A DNA stretch of 56,527 nucleotides from NCBI GenBank assembly GCA_048213135.1, contig AFZH01020179.1, forward strand, positions 1-56,527, read 5' to 3'. Source of the stretch: Reclinomonas americana ATCC 50394. Its lineage: Eukaryota. Made by a program: the position numbers and the translations under genes. Shown here one piece after another: positions 29,246-38,393 of this stretch. The notes under the pieces were generated by a model. The model worked only from the letters and a program-made list of their open reading frames with translations. It was not told where the DNA came from and searched no databases. The first letter of the stretch is position 1. Each line of letters begins with the position of its first letter.

Positions 29246-29928
29246 CGGGGGACCGCGGCGGCGCAGCTGAAACGCTCCACGACCTCCATCGACTCGTGGC
29301 CTCGCTGCCGTCCGGCGTCTCGGCTGCCGCCTGCGAGATTTCGGAGACGGTAGAGCAGTACGACTGGTACCCGGAGGCGGCTGAAATGCAGAGCGTCGCC
29401 ATTCGCCGGCGACGCGAGTTTCTGGCCGGTCGAAGGTGCGCGCGACAAGCCCTGGCGCGCCTGGGCCATCCAGGCGCTCATGTACCGATCGGGACGGACC
29501 GCGCCCCTGTCTGGCCATCGGGGTTCGTGGGCAGCATCTCCCACAGCTCGACGCGGGCGCTCGCAGTCGTCGCGTCCTCAGGCGTGGTCACGGCGCTGGG
29601 CGTCGACTGCGAGACACGGGGCAGGGTGACACCCGGCCTTGCCTCGAAACTGCTGCGCGACGACGAGCGTCGGAACGGCGGCTTGATAGTCTACGACTGG
29701 CCGACACTGGTGTTCAGCGCGAAGGAGGCATGCTTCAAGGCTTGGTATCCCAGCCATGGGCAGATGCTCGACTTTCACGACGTCCGGCTACATTTTTCCT
29801 CGGACTTGAACTCTTTTCAGGCTGAAATCGTGCTCGACGGGCGAGTGAAGATGCACTTGCGTGGAGGGGCCGTTCATTTGGGCGTCGACCACGTCTACAC
29901 AGCCGCCTGGCAAGACACTCAAATATGA
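29242..29928 (+). CDS. 4'-phosphopantetheinyl transferase (EntD-like)
   Basis: RRREFLAGR, P.WP.G.VGSISHS, LGVDCE, FSAKEA.FKA motifs. Confidence 0.92.
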   Translation: MTGDRGGAAETLHDLHRLVASLPSGVSAAACEISETVEQYDWYPEAAEMQSVAIRRRREFLAGRRCARQALARLGHPGAHVPIGTDRAPVWPSGFVGSISHSSTRALAVVASSGVVTALGVDCETRGRVTPGLASKLLRDDERRNGGLIVYDWPTLVFSAKEACFKAWYPSHGQMLDFHDVRLHFSSDLNSFQAEIVLDGRVKMHLRGGAVHLGVDHVYTAAWQDTQI

Positions 29929-29953
29929 CCGGCGACGCCGGCGGGAGGAATCG

Positions 29954-31156
29954 ATGAGCAGTGGCGCTACGGGGCGTCTGACGTTGCCCCTATACCTCGT
30001 CATATTCTTGGACTCGATCGGCTACGCGCTGATCATGCCCTACCTTCCCTTCATTCTCATGGACCAGGGCGCGGATGCGCGGCTTGGCGGCTTCGTCGTC
30101 GCCGTTCACGCGGTCGCCGCGATCGGTGCTGCGCCGATCTTGGGGCGGCTTTCCGACAAATGGGGCCGAAAGCCGATCCTGTTGGCGACCATTCTGGGCA
30201 CGGCGGTCGCTTATCTCGCCTTCGCGCTCGCGCCCAACATCTGGATCCTGCTGCTGTCGCGTGCGATCGCCGGGGTCATGGCCGGCAACGCCGGCGTTGT
30301 CCAGGCAGCGCTCACTGACGCCACCTCCGACGAGGAACGCGGCAAAGCCATGGCCTTTTCCAACGCCGCATGGGGTATGGGCTATCTGGTAGGGCCCGCG
30401 GCAGGCGCCGGCTTGACGATGCTCACACCGCAGGCTTCGGGCCTTTACGTCGGTCTCCTCGCCGTGGTGGCGTCCATCGTCTCTGCAGTGGTGGTCTGGA
30501 CGCGGTACCACGACGTGTCGGTCGACAACGCTGCGGGCTCTTCTGCCGCATCGGGGAAATTGCCCGGGTCGGCGATGATCGTTCAGATGCTTCTGCTCTA
30601 CGGCTTGTTGTCCGTGGCGCAGAACGGCTTGGCTTCGATGACGGGCTTCTGGGCGAATGCGTCGTTCGGGTGGACCCAACGTGGCGTGAGCCTGCTCATG
30701 TTCGGGGTCGCCGCCAGCATCATCGTGATGCAGTTGCTGGTCATGCCCATCCTCTTCCGCAAGCTGAAGACCAACCATCTCCTCTTCTTCACCATCGGGG
30801 TGATGGTGATCGGATGCTCTGCGATCTGGTTGGCGAAGACGAACGTACCTCTGATGGGCGTGAGTGCGGCGCTCTTGTTCTGCGGCATCACGGCATCGCA
30901 AGCCGTCGCGAGTACAATTCTCTCCAAGGCCGCGACGCCTGAGACGCGAGGACGCGTCATGGGAGCCTCTGTGAGCTCCGGGGCCGTCGGACGCGTCATC
31001 GGTCCGCCTGCCTTCGGATATCTCTTCGTCACCGCAGGCCCCCAATCGCCGTTCGTGGCCGTACTGGCGATGATGTTGGCGTTTCTCGTCTGGCGGGGTC
31101 TGGAGGCTTCGACCCAACGCACGGTCGGTCGCACCGCCGAGCACGTTCCTGACTGA
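29954..31156 (+). CDS. MFS drug/H+ antiporter (TetA/DHA1-like)
   Basis: FLDSIG..LIMP.LP, GRLSDKWGRKP motif A, multiple hydrophobic helices. Confidence 0.88.
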   Translation: MSSGATGRLTLPLYLVIFLDSIGYALIMPYLPFILMDQGADARLGGFVVAVHAVAAIGAAPILGRLSDKWGRKPILLATILGTAVAYLAFALAPNIWILLLSRAIAGVMAGNAGVVQAALTDATSDEERGKAMAFSNAAWGMGYLVGPAAGAGLTMLTPQASGLYVGLLAVVASIVSAVVVWTRYHDVSVDNAAGSSAASGKLPGSAMIVQMLLLYGLLSVAQNGLASMTGFWANASFGWTQRGVSLLMFGVAASIIVMQLLVMPILFRKLKTNHLLFFTIGVMVIGCSAIWLAKTNVPLMGVSAALLFCGITASQAVASTILSKAATPETRGRVMGASVSSGAVGRVIGPPAFGYLFVTAGPQSPFVAVLAMMLAFLVWRGLEASTQRTVGRTAEHVPD

Positions 31157-31214
31157 AGCGGAGCGGATCACCCGAGAGCGTGGTAGGACACCTCGCTCTC
31201 GGTGGCCGCGAGGA

Positions 31215-33155
31215 TCAGACCCGCGACGACATGCGGAGCAGATATTCGCCTCGATTGAAGGGGTTCTGATCCTGTCGCGGCCGGTCGGGAACCGGCCCGC
31301 GGACTTGCTCGTAGTGGTCGAATGCGGACTCGAGGATGCCCTCGCCGTGGGTCAGACCGGGCAACTGCCGCTGAAGATCGTGAACCCGTGCGGCAGGGAT
31401 GTCGCCTTCCATGACGAAACGCGATCCCTCGATCTCCGGAGGATATGGCACCGCATGCAACGCCCCCAACGCCGGAAGAACTAGGCTCAAGGTGTCGGCC
31501 GGAGCGTCCAGCTGGAAGCGGTGAACGGGCTCGAACACTCTTGTGCCTGCGCGGCGAAGTGCGTCTGCGACCACCAACGGCGTGAGATTCCGGTGATCGG
31601 CCGCCGTGCTGGTCGCCCACTTCCGATAGCGGATCGCCTGAGTCATCGTGACGACGACATCGGTGACCTCCCACCCGTGTAGGCCCTGGCGGAGGGTGTC
31701 GCGAACGGCGTCCTCCACAGCCTTGAGAAAGGCATGAGGAACCGAGCCGACATCCACTTCGAGGCGGAACTCGACGCCGCTGCCGACCTGGCCGGGCTCG
31801 ACTCTCAGACCTACGGTCGCGATGAAGGGGTAGGGAGCCTCATCGATGGCTTCACCGACGCCGATGGGTCGTTCGACGCAGATCGTCGTCGTCTCCCGAA
31901 ATTCGACCTCGACACCGAAGTCCTTCGAGAGCGTTTCTTGAATGACTTCCTTCTGCACTTCGCCATAGAGCGAGAGAGACATCTCCTGACGTTCATCGTT
32001 CTGCCGAAGGTTGATGAGAGGGTCTTGCTCGGCGAGCCGCGTCAAAGCTGCATGCAAGCGCCCACGCTCCGAAGGATGTCGCGGGACGATGACCGTCTCC
32101 AAAGTCGGCGGTGAGAAGCGGTGCAGAGCTCGCGCCGGTCCTGAAATCCCGAGGGTGTCGCCGATACGGACGTCGGTCAGTCCCCAGATCATGCCGATCC
32201 GACCTGCGGGAAGTCGGTCGCTGGGACAAGCTTCCCCACGATGGAAGATACTCAGCGCCGTGATTTTCTGCTCTCGCCCTCGCACCGCCACGCGTTGACG
32301 TGCTTTGATCTCGCCGGCGAACATCCGTGCATAGGCGATCCGCTCTCCGTTCGGGCCTCTGTCGACTTTGAAGACCGTTCCAGTGGGAGGTTCGTCGACA
32401 TCGCCTTCGCGCGCCGGCAAGAGCTCCGCGAGCCCGTCCACGAGTTGCTCGATACCTGCTCCGGTGATCGCCGAACCGAAGTATACCGGCTGAAGCTTCA
32501 GACTTCGTGTCTGAGACCTGAGCACCCTTCGCAGCTTTGCGGCCGAGGTGGTGCGCCCAGCCACGTAGTCGGACAGGATCCGGTCGTCCTGCTCGGCGAG
32601 AAGCTCCATCAACTCCGTCGCCGCGAGCGGATCGTCGAAGTCGCGTGTTTCGACATACGCGCTCGCTCCACCGAGGTCTCGAGGGATGCTCATCGCGACG
32701 AGAGACGGCGATAGACGTTCGCGCATCGAAGACAGCAGACTCTCGAATCTCGCACCCCGCCTGTCGATCTTGTTGACGAAGATGAGCGTGGGGATCTGCA
32801 GCCGCTTCAGGGCTCGCATCAGGACACGCGTCTGCGCCTGGACGCCCTCGACCGCAGAAATGACGAGCACTGCGCCGTCCAGGACGCTTAACGATCGTTC
32901 GACCTCGGCGATGAAGTCTGGGTGGCCGGGCGTGTCGATGAGGTTGACGACGATGTCTTTCATCTCGAACGAGGCGACGGCCGCCTTGATCGTGATGCCT
33001 CTCTCTCGTTCTTGCTCGAGGGAGTCTGTCTGCGTATTGCCGCCGTCGACGCTACCGACTTGGTCTATGACGCCGCCTACGTAGAGGAGGCGCTCGGTGA
33101 GACTGGTCTTACCGGCGTCGACGTGCGCCAGAATGCCCAGGTTTAACACACGCAT
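31215..33155 (-). CDS. TetM/OtrA-family ribosomal protection-type translational GTPase
   Basis: LNLGILAHVDAGKTSLTE, TQTDSLEQERERGITI, DTPGHPDF, NKID, ST.AD.R.L.P motifs. Confidence 0.9.
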   Translation of the reverse strand: MRVLNLGILAHVDAGKTSLTERLLYVGGVIDQVGSVDGGNTQTDSLEQERERGITIKAAVASFEMKDIVVNLIDTPGHPDFIAEVERSLSVLDGAVLVISAVEGVQAQTRVLMRALKRLQIPTLIFVNKIDRRGARFESLLSSMRERLSPSLVAMSIPRDLGGASAYVETRDFDDPLAATELMELLAEQDDRILSDYVAGRTTSAAKLRRVLRSQTRSLKLQPVYFGSAITGAGIEQLVDGLAELLPAREGDVDEPPTGTVFKVDRGPNGERIAYARMFAGEIKARQRVAVRGREQKITALSIFHRGEACPSDRLPAGRIGMIWGLTDVRIGDTLGISGPARALHRFSPPTLETVIVPRHPSERGRLHAALTRLAEQDPLINLRQNDERQEMSLSLYGEVQKEVIQETLSKDFGVEVEFRETTTICVERPIGVGEAIDEAPYPFIATVGLRVEPGQVGSGVEFRLEVDVGSVPHAFLKAVEDAVRDTLRQGLHGWEVTDVVVTMTQAIRYRKWATSTAADHRNLTPLVVADALRRAGTRVFEPVHRFQLDAPADTLSLVLPALGALHAVPYPPEIEGSRFVMEGDIPAARVHDLQRQLPGLTHGEGILESAFDHYEQVRGPVPDRPRQDQNPFNRGEYLLRMSSRV

Positions 33156-33231
33156 GAAGCTTCATGTCCTTGAACTGGATGTTCTTTTCCGGTTGCTGGC
33201 TCATGGAGCTTCGGCGCATGGGGGCCTCCTG
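33109..33231 (-). promoter_or_regulatory. Candidate translational attenuator: leader ORF (33219-33109) with AGGAGG RBS and a palindrome over the GTPase start codon
   Basis: AGGAGG-N5-ATG leader MRRSSMSQQPEKNIQFKDMKLHACVKPGHSGARRRR*. Perfect palindrome CATGAAGCTTCATG at 33153-33166. Confidence 0.45.
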
Positions 33232-33319
33232 GACCTGTCGTGATCTGCGATTAAACCAGCCCACAACCCCTGAGCGCAACCTGTTTCGGGTCGCGTGGTG
33301 GTCCAGGCGGACCCGCACG

Positions 33320-34900
33320 TCATGAGAGCGCATTGGACGGCCCTGTGATCTCCCGGCGTCCAGCGTCGTCGGCAGCGATCGCGCGCGAACCACGCATGAT
33401 GAGAAGGTAGAGGACGGGCGTCGCGATACGCGACAGGAGCGTAGACGAGATCATCCCGCCGATGAGAACCACAGCCAACGGCGAGTAGAGACCGGAGTGT
33501 GCCAGCGCCAAGGGGATCATTCCTCCGATCGCGGTCACCGACGTGAGGAGGACCGGCAGGAAGCGGACCTCGCCCGCGATCTGGATCGCTTCCAGCAGCG
33601 GAGTTCCCTCGTTCCTAAGCCGCTCGGCATGATCGACCAGGAGGATCGAGTTCTTGACCTCGATACCTATGAGCGCGACGAGGCCGACAGCTCCGGTAAA
33701 GGAGAGGGAGTAGCCTGCGACCCAGAGCGCCACCACTGCGCCGAACATCCCGATCGGCACGATTCCGGCGACGACGAGGGCGGTGCGAAATCGCCTGAAC
33801 TCCAGCACCAAGACCGCAACGATGCCGAAGAGTGCGAGGAGGCCGGCCGCCACCAGACCGCTCGCGCTTTCGGATTGCGCCTCGGCATGACCACCGAAGG
33901 TGACCGTGTAGCCCGGCGGAACATGGACATCGCGTCGAACGGTCTCGACTACAGCGTCGCTGACTTCGCCGTCTGGAAAGTCGGAAGCGATATCGGCCGA
34001 CACCGAAACCGTGCGCTGGCGATCGAAACGATCGATCTGGGGAATTTCGGCGCGCAGGAGCGGGGAGGCGATCGCCGAGAACGGCGTCGCTTCACCCTGT
34101 TTGGAGGGGACCAGAAGCGCGTCGAAGATGGACAGGCGGTTCAGTGGCGCGCCGGCGGCAGCCGGATCCAACGCTCGCACGGTGACTGGATAGTCGTCCC
34201 CATCGAGGTCTCTGAGTCGACCGATCGGCTCTCCAGAGAGCGCCACTCTCGCAAGTTCCCGCGCTCGGCCGGGCATGACGCCGAGTGCAGTGGCTCTCGC
34301 ATCGTCGACGTTGAGGTCTATGCTCAGGCGTTCGTTGCGCGCGGGGTTGGTGACCCCGATCGCACCAGGCACGCGGTCGACCAGGAGTTCGACCTCCCGC
34401 GACATCTTCATGAGAACAGATGGATCGGGCCCGCTGATCCGAACGGCGATGGGCGCGGAGTAGGCGGAGCCGTTTTCAAACGTGATGACGGAGATCCGCG
34501 CCGGCCCATAGGCTTCGAAATCTCGCCGTAGGCGCGCGACGAGGGCCTCGCTCTTGCCGGGACGCCAAGCATCGAGGCTCACCAAGACTTCGGCTCCGGA
34601 GGAGGAGCTCGCCATCTGTCCGCGATTGTAGAACACCTGCGGATTACCTCGCCCCAAGTTGGAGGCCGTCCACGCTACTCCCGGATCTGCGGCCAATCGG
34701 CGCTCGACGAAGCGGAGCGCCTCGTCGGTCACTGGAATCGACGAGCCGGGCGCAGCTTCGATGCGTACGAGAAACTGCGGAACCTCTGCTGAAGGAAAGA
34801 GGCCGAAACCGACGACCCTCAACAGGGGGAAGGTGGTCGCGCAGGGCGCGAGAACGACGCCGAGTGCGATCCACGCAACCCGTCAAGGGAAGGGCGACGA
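33320..34900 (-). pseudogene. C-terminal half of an AcrB/RND efflux permease (N-half missing)
   Basis: IGIEVKNSILLVD and RFLPVLLTS.T...G..PL RND motifs. Only about 500 aa and no N-terminal half upstream. Confidence 0.75.
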
Positions 34901-35195
34901 CCGGGAGAAGCAACGCAAGCGTACGCAGAGCCGGCACCAGATACACGCTCCCCTCGCGCTTTGTCCGCAGACAACTTTTGCGCAAGCTTGCATGACCAGA
35001 TCCGGTTTGCAACGGCCAAGCTGTCGCCATGGCTCGTTTCACGTTTGCACTGAAAAGCATGCAAGTGAAGGTTGTTCGGGTCAATCGCTGCTGCTAACGA
35101 GTTCGCCGCTCGTCCGTCGGGTTCGCCCATCGATGCGAAAGAGGTCGTGTAAAGATCTCGAACCGCCTGGCATGACGACAAAGGAGCAGCGTCGT

Positions 35196-35986
35196 ATGCC
35201 CGTCGGGCCGATATTTACGGACATGGTCGATCCACGACCCGGCGACAGTGGACTGGAATGTCTTGTACTGGTCCTGGGCTTCCACCAGATCTCCGCAGAC
35301 ACCTCTCAGCTCAGACATGCATTAGGGCACGGAGATGCTGCGTCGGCTGCAGATCTCGTGCGCCTCGCCAAGCAGCTCGGAGCGCGATCCAAGCTCACGC
35401 GCCGGGCCGTAACGGCGGCCAGACGACTGCCGTTCCCCTACATCGTCCGCACGACGCAAGGGCGCTTTCTCGTCGTCGCGGCAGCGAAGGACGATGGTTT
35501 TCTCGTGCAAGGGGCCTCGGGGCCGCCTCTGCGGATGTCGACCGATCAGCTTGGCGAGCTCTGGAGCGGTGAAGTGGTACTGATGACCACCCGCGCAGAA
35601 TTCCAGGGCTCCCTGAAGTTCGACACCGGTTGGTTCGTTCCGGCGCTGATGAAGTATCGCGGACTGCTAGGCGAGGTGCTCTTGGCGTCCTTCGTGCTCC
35701 AGCTCTTCGCCTTGGCGACTCCGATGATCTTCCAGGTGGTCATCGACAAGGTCCTCGTTCACCGCTCTCTCACGACCCTGGACGTCTTGGCGGTCGGCCT
35801 CGTGGTCGTCATCGTGTTCGATACGACGCTCGGCGGCCTCAGAGCATATCTCTTCACGCACACGACGAGCCGCGTGGACGTCGAGCTGGGCGCCCGCCTC
35901 TATAGACACCTCCTCAATCTCCCTCTGGCCTATTTCGAAGCGCGACGTGTCGGCGACTCCGTCGCGCGGGTTCGCGAACTCGACAC
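35196..35986 (+). pseudogene. Type I secretion permease/ATPase (HlyB-like, C39-like domain) truncated by IS
   Basis: DSGLECL, FQVVIDKVLVHRSLTTL, RVDVELGARLY.HL..LP..YFE.RRVGDSVARVREL. Cut at the IS left end. Confidence 0.88.
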
Positions 35987-36071
35987 TGTCCCCCGTCAGC
36001 ACCGATGGCACAGATTTGAGGTTGTGAACTAAGGAGGATCTGGGCTTCGTCGCAGTGACGAAGGAACGAAG

Positions 36072-36458
36072 ATGAAGCCCAGATCCTCCAACGTGAAATT
36101 GCCGGCGAAGGCCCCTGCGGAGCAGGTGGTGAAGGACATTCGGCGACAGACGCGGCGCCACTTCTCGGCCGAGGACAAGATCCGCATCGTGCTCGAGGGC
36201 CTGCGCGGTGAGGACAGCATCGCCGAGCTGTGCCGCAAGGAAGGGATCGCCCAGAGCCTGTACTACACTTGGTCGAAGGAGTTCATGGAGGCGGGCAAGC
36301 GCCGCCTGGCCGGGGACACCGCCCGGGCCGCGACCACCGGCGAGGTGCAGGACCTGCGCCGCGAAGCCCGCGCCCTGAAGGAATGCGTGGCGGACCTGAC
36401 GCTGGAGAACCGTCTGCTCAAAAAAAGCATGATCGCGGATGGGGGCGACGACGCATGA
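36072..36458 (+). CDS. IS3-family transposase OrfA (HTH)
   Basis: RRHFSAEDKIRIVLEG..SIAELCRKEGI..YY.W motif, ends near A7G. Confidence 0.9.
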   Translation: MKPRSSNVKLPAKAPAEQVVKDIRRQTRRHFSAEDKIRIVLEGLRGEDSIAELCRKEGIAQSLYYTWSKEFMEAGKRRLAGDTARAATTGEVQDLRREARALKECVADLTLENRLLKKSMIADGGDDA

Positions 36459-37455
36459 GGTACCCCGCATCCGAGAAGCTGGAGATCATCAGGATCGTCG
36501 AGCAGTCGCACCTGCCGGCCAAACGCACGCTGGACCAGCTGGGCATTCCCCGTCGGACCTTCTACCGCTGGTACGACCGCTACCTCGACGGCGGGCCCGA
36601 AGCCTTGGAGGACCGGTCCTCGGCGCCGAGCAGGGTGTGGAACCGCATCGGCGACGACATCCAGGGTCAGATCGTCGAGATGGCGCTGGAGCACAGCGAG
36701 CTGTCCCCGCGCGAACTGGCGGTGCGATTTACCGATGAACGTCAGTACTTTGTCTCCGAGGCCACGGTCTATCGGCTGCTCAAGGCCCACGACCTGATCA
36801 CCAGCCCGGCCTTCGTGGTGATCAAGGCCGCCGACGCCTTCCACACCAAGACCACGCGGCCGAACCAGATGTGGCAGACCGAAACGAAGTTCGGCGAAGC
36901 CACTTTACCTACTTCAAGATCATCGGGTGGGGCTGGATGTATCTGTCGACCGTGCTCGACGACTTCTCGCGCTACATCATCGCCTGGAAGCTGTGCGCCA
37001 ACATGCGCGCACAGGACGTCACCGACACGCTGGACCTGGCCCTGGCGGCTTCCGGCTGTGACAGCGCCAAGGTGCTGCACAAGCCCCGGCTGCTCAGCGA
37101 CAACGGCCCCAGCTACATCGCCGATGAGCTGGCCCAATACATCGAGGCCAACAAGATGAGCCATGTGCGCGGCGCCCCGATGCATCCCCAGACCCAGGGC
37201 AAGATCGAGCGCTGGCATCAGACCTTGAAGAACCGCATCCTGCTGGAAAACTACTTCCTGCCCGGCGACCTGGAGGCCCAGATCCAGGCCTTCGTCGAGC
37301 ACTACAACCACCAGCGCTATCACGAGAGCCTGGCCAACGTGACCCCGGCCGACGCCTACTTCGGCAGGGCCGCTGCCATCATCAAACGGCGGGAACGGCT
37401 CAAGCGGCAGACCCTCGAATATCGGCGCTTGCTGCACCGCAAGCTCGCCGCCTAA
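36455..37455 (+). pseudogene. IS3-family transposase OrfB (DDE) frameshifted by a 20-bp insertion
   Basis: Removing 36882-36901 restores QMWQTDFTYF. SDNG and GKIERWH motifs lie downstream in another frame. Confidence 0.85.
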
Positions 37456-37529
37456 CATCAACCCCCAGACGAGGCCCGCTCTCCGCTAATTTACGCCCCC
37501 ATCTGCGCCGAATGTCCTGACGACGGACA

Positions 37530-38069
37530 GCGCAAGGTCGCCAGCAGATGCGGTGAGAGCAGCGCGTCACGGTCGCGCCGACCCTTGCCCTGTTCGACCC
37601 GAATGCGCATGCGCTGGCTGTCGATGTCGCCGACCTTCAGGCCCACGACCTCGGCGGCCCGCAGGCCCGCGCCATAGGCCACACTGAGCGCGGTGCGCCA
37701 CTTGAGCCCCGGCGCCGCCTGCAACAGCCGCGCGACCTCGTCCGGCGTCAGCACGACCGGCAATCTCTGCGGCTGGCGGGCGATCGGGATGTAGTCCAAG
37801 GCCTCTGGCCGCTTGAGCGTCACGCGGAAGAAGAACCGCAGCGCCACCATCGCGCCGTTGATGCTGGCTGGGGCCAGGCCGCTTTGCGTCAGGTGCAGCT
37901 GGTAGCGCCGCACATCCTCGAACGTCAGCTCGCCCGGGGTCCTGCCGCAGTAGCGACTGCAGGATCGAACCGCTCGGATGTAGGTCTCTTGGGTCCGCGG
38001 ATCGAAGTTGCGGAGGGTCATGTCTTCGACCATCCTGCGACGCAACGGGTGGATCGCTTCTTCGGGCAT
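37530..38069 (-). pseudogene. Tyrosine recombinase (type usually paired with IS91-like transposases), C-terminally truncated by the IS3 element
   Basis: PLRRRMVEDMTLRN...TQETYIRAV N-terminus, LPVVL..EV, YGAGLR..E, GKG..DR. The HxxR and Tyr region is missing. Confidence 0.85.
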
Positions 38070-38076
38070 CACTCGT

Positions 38077-38127
38077 CTCCTGTCTTGAGGAGGACGTGGC
38101 CGACCCACGCTCCTCTTCAGACAGGAG
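38077..38127. promoter_or_regulatory. Long imperfect hairpin covering the recombinase RBS
   Basis: Nested arms CTCCTGTCT/AGACAGGAG, GAGGAG/CTCCTC, CGTGG/CCACG. Confidence 0.65.
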
Positions 38128-38393
38128 GATCCCGATGTTCCCCAGCACCGAACAAATGCCCCTCCCGCGCGAGCGGGTTAGTACATTGGCGCCTATCGGT
38201 CCGATGCGTGGCCGCATTAGCCGGCCGGCCGCCCGGTCAACCACAACCGCTATCGCCGCCCGGTCGCCCCATTCAGCTTATCAGCCGGCGGACACACGCA
38301 ATTCCGCCTTTGCGAGAGCGCCGTCGCCCTTTATCGGCATACTTGTCTCGCTCGTCTTGATTGGTCATGATCCCTTCCGGGGGTAGGGCGAGA

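Larger units (their letters stand above)
35987..37529 (+). mobile_element. IS3-family insertion sequence (orfA/orfB), orfB disrupted
   Basis: Imperfect terminal IRs TGTCCCCCGTCAG / CTGACGACGGACA; A7G slippery site at 36420-36427; no target duplication visible. Confidence 0.85.

Noticed and set aside
29954-33155. Tetracycline biosynthesis suggested by TetA-like and OtrA-like genes plus SnoaL
   Set aside because: No type II PKS (KS-alpha/CLF) or aromatase in the window.
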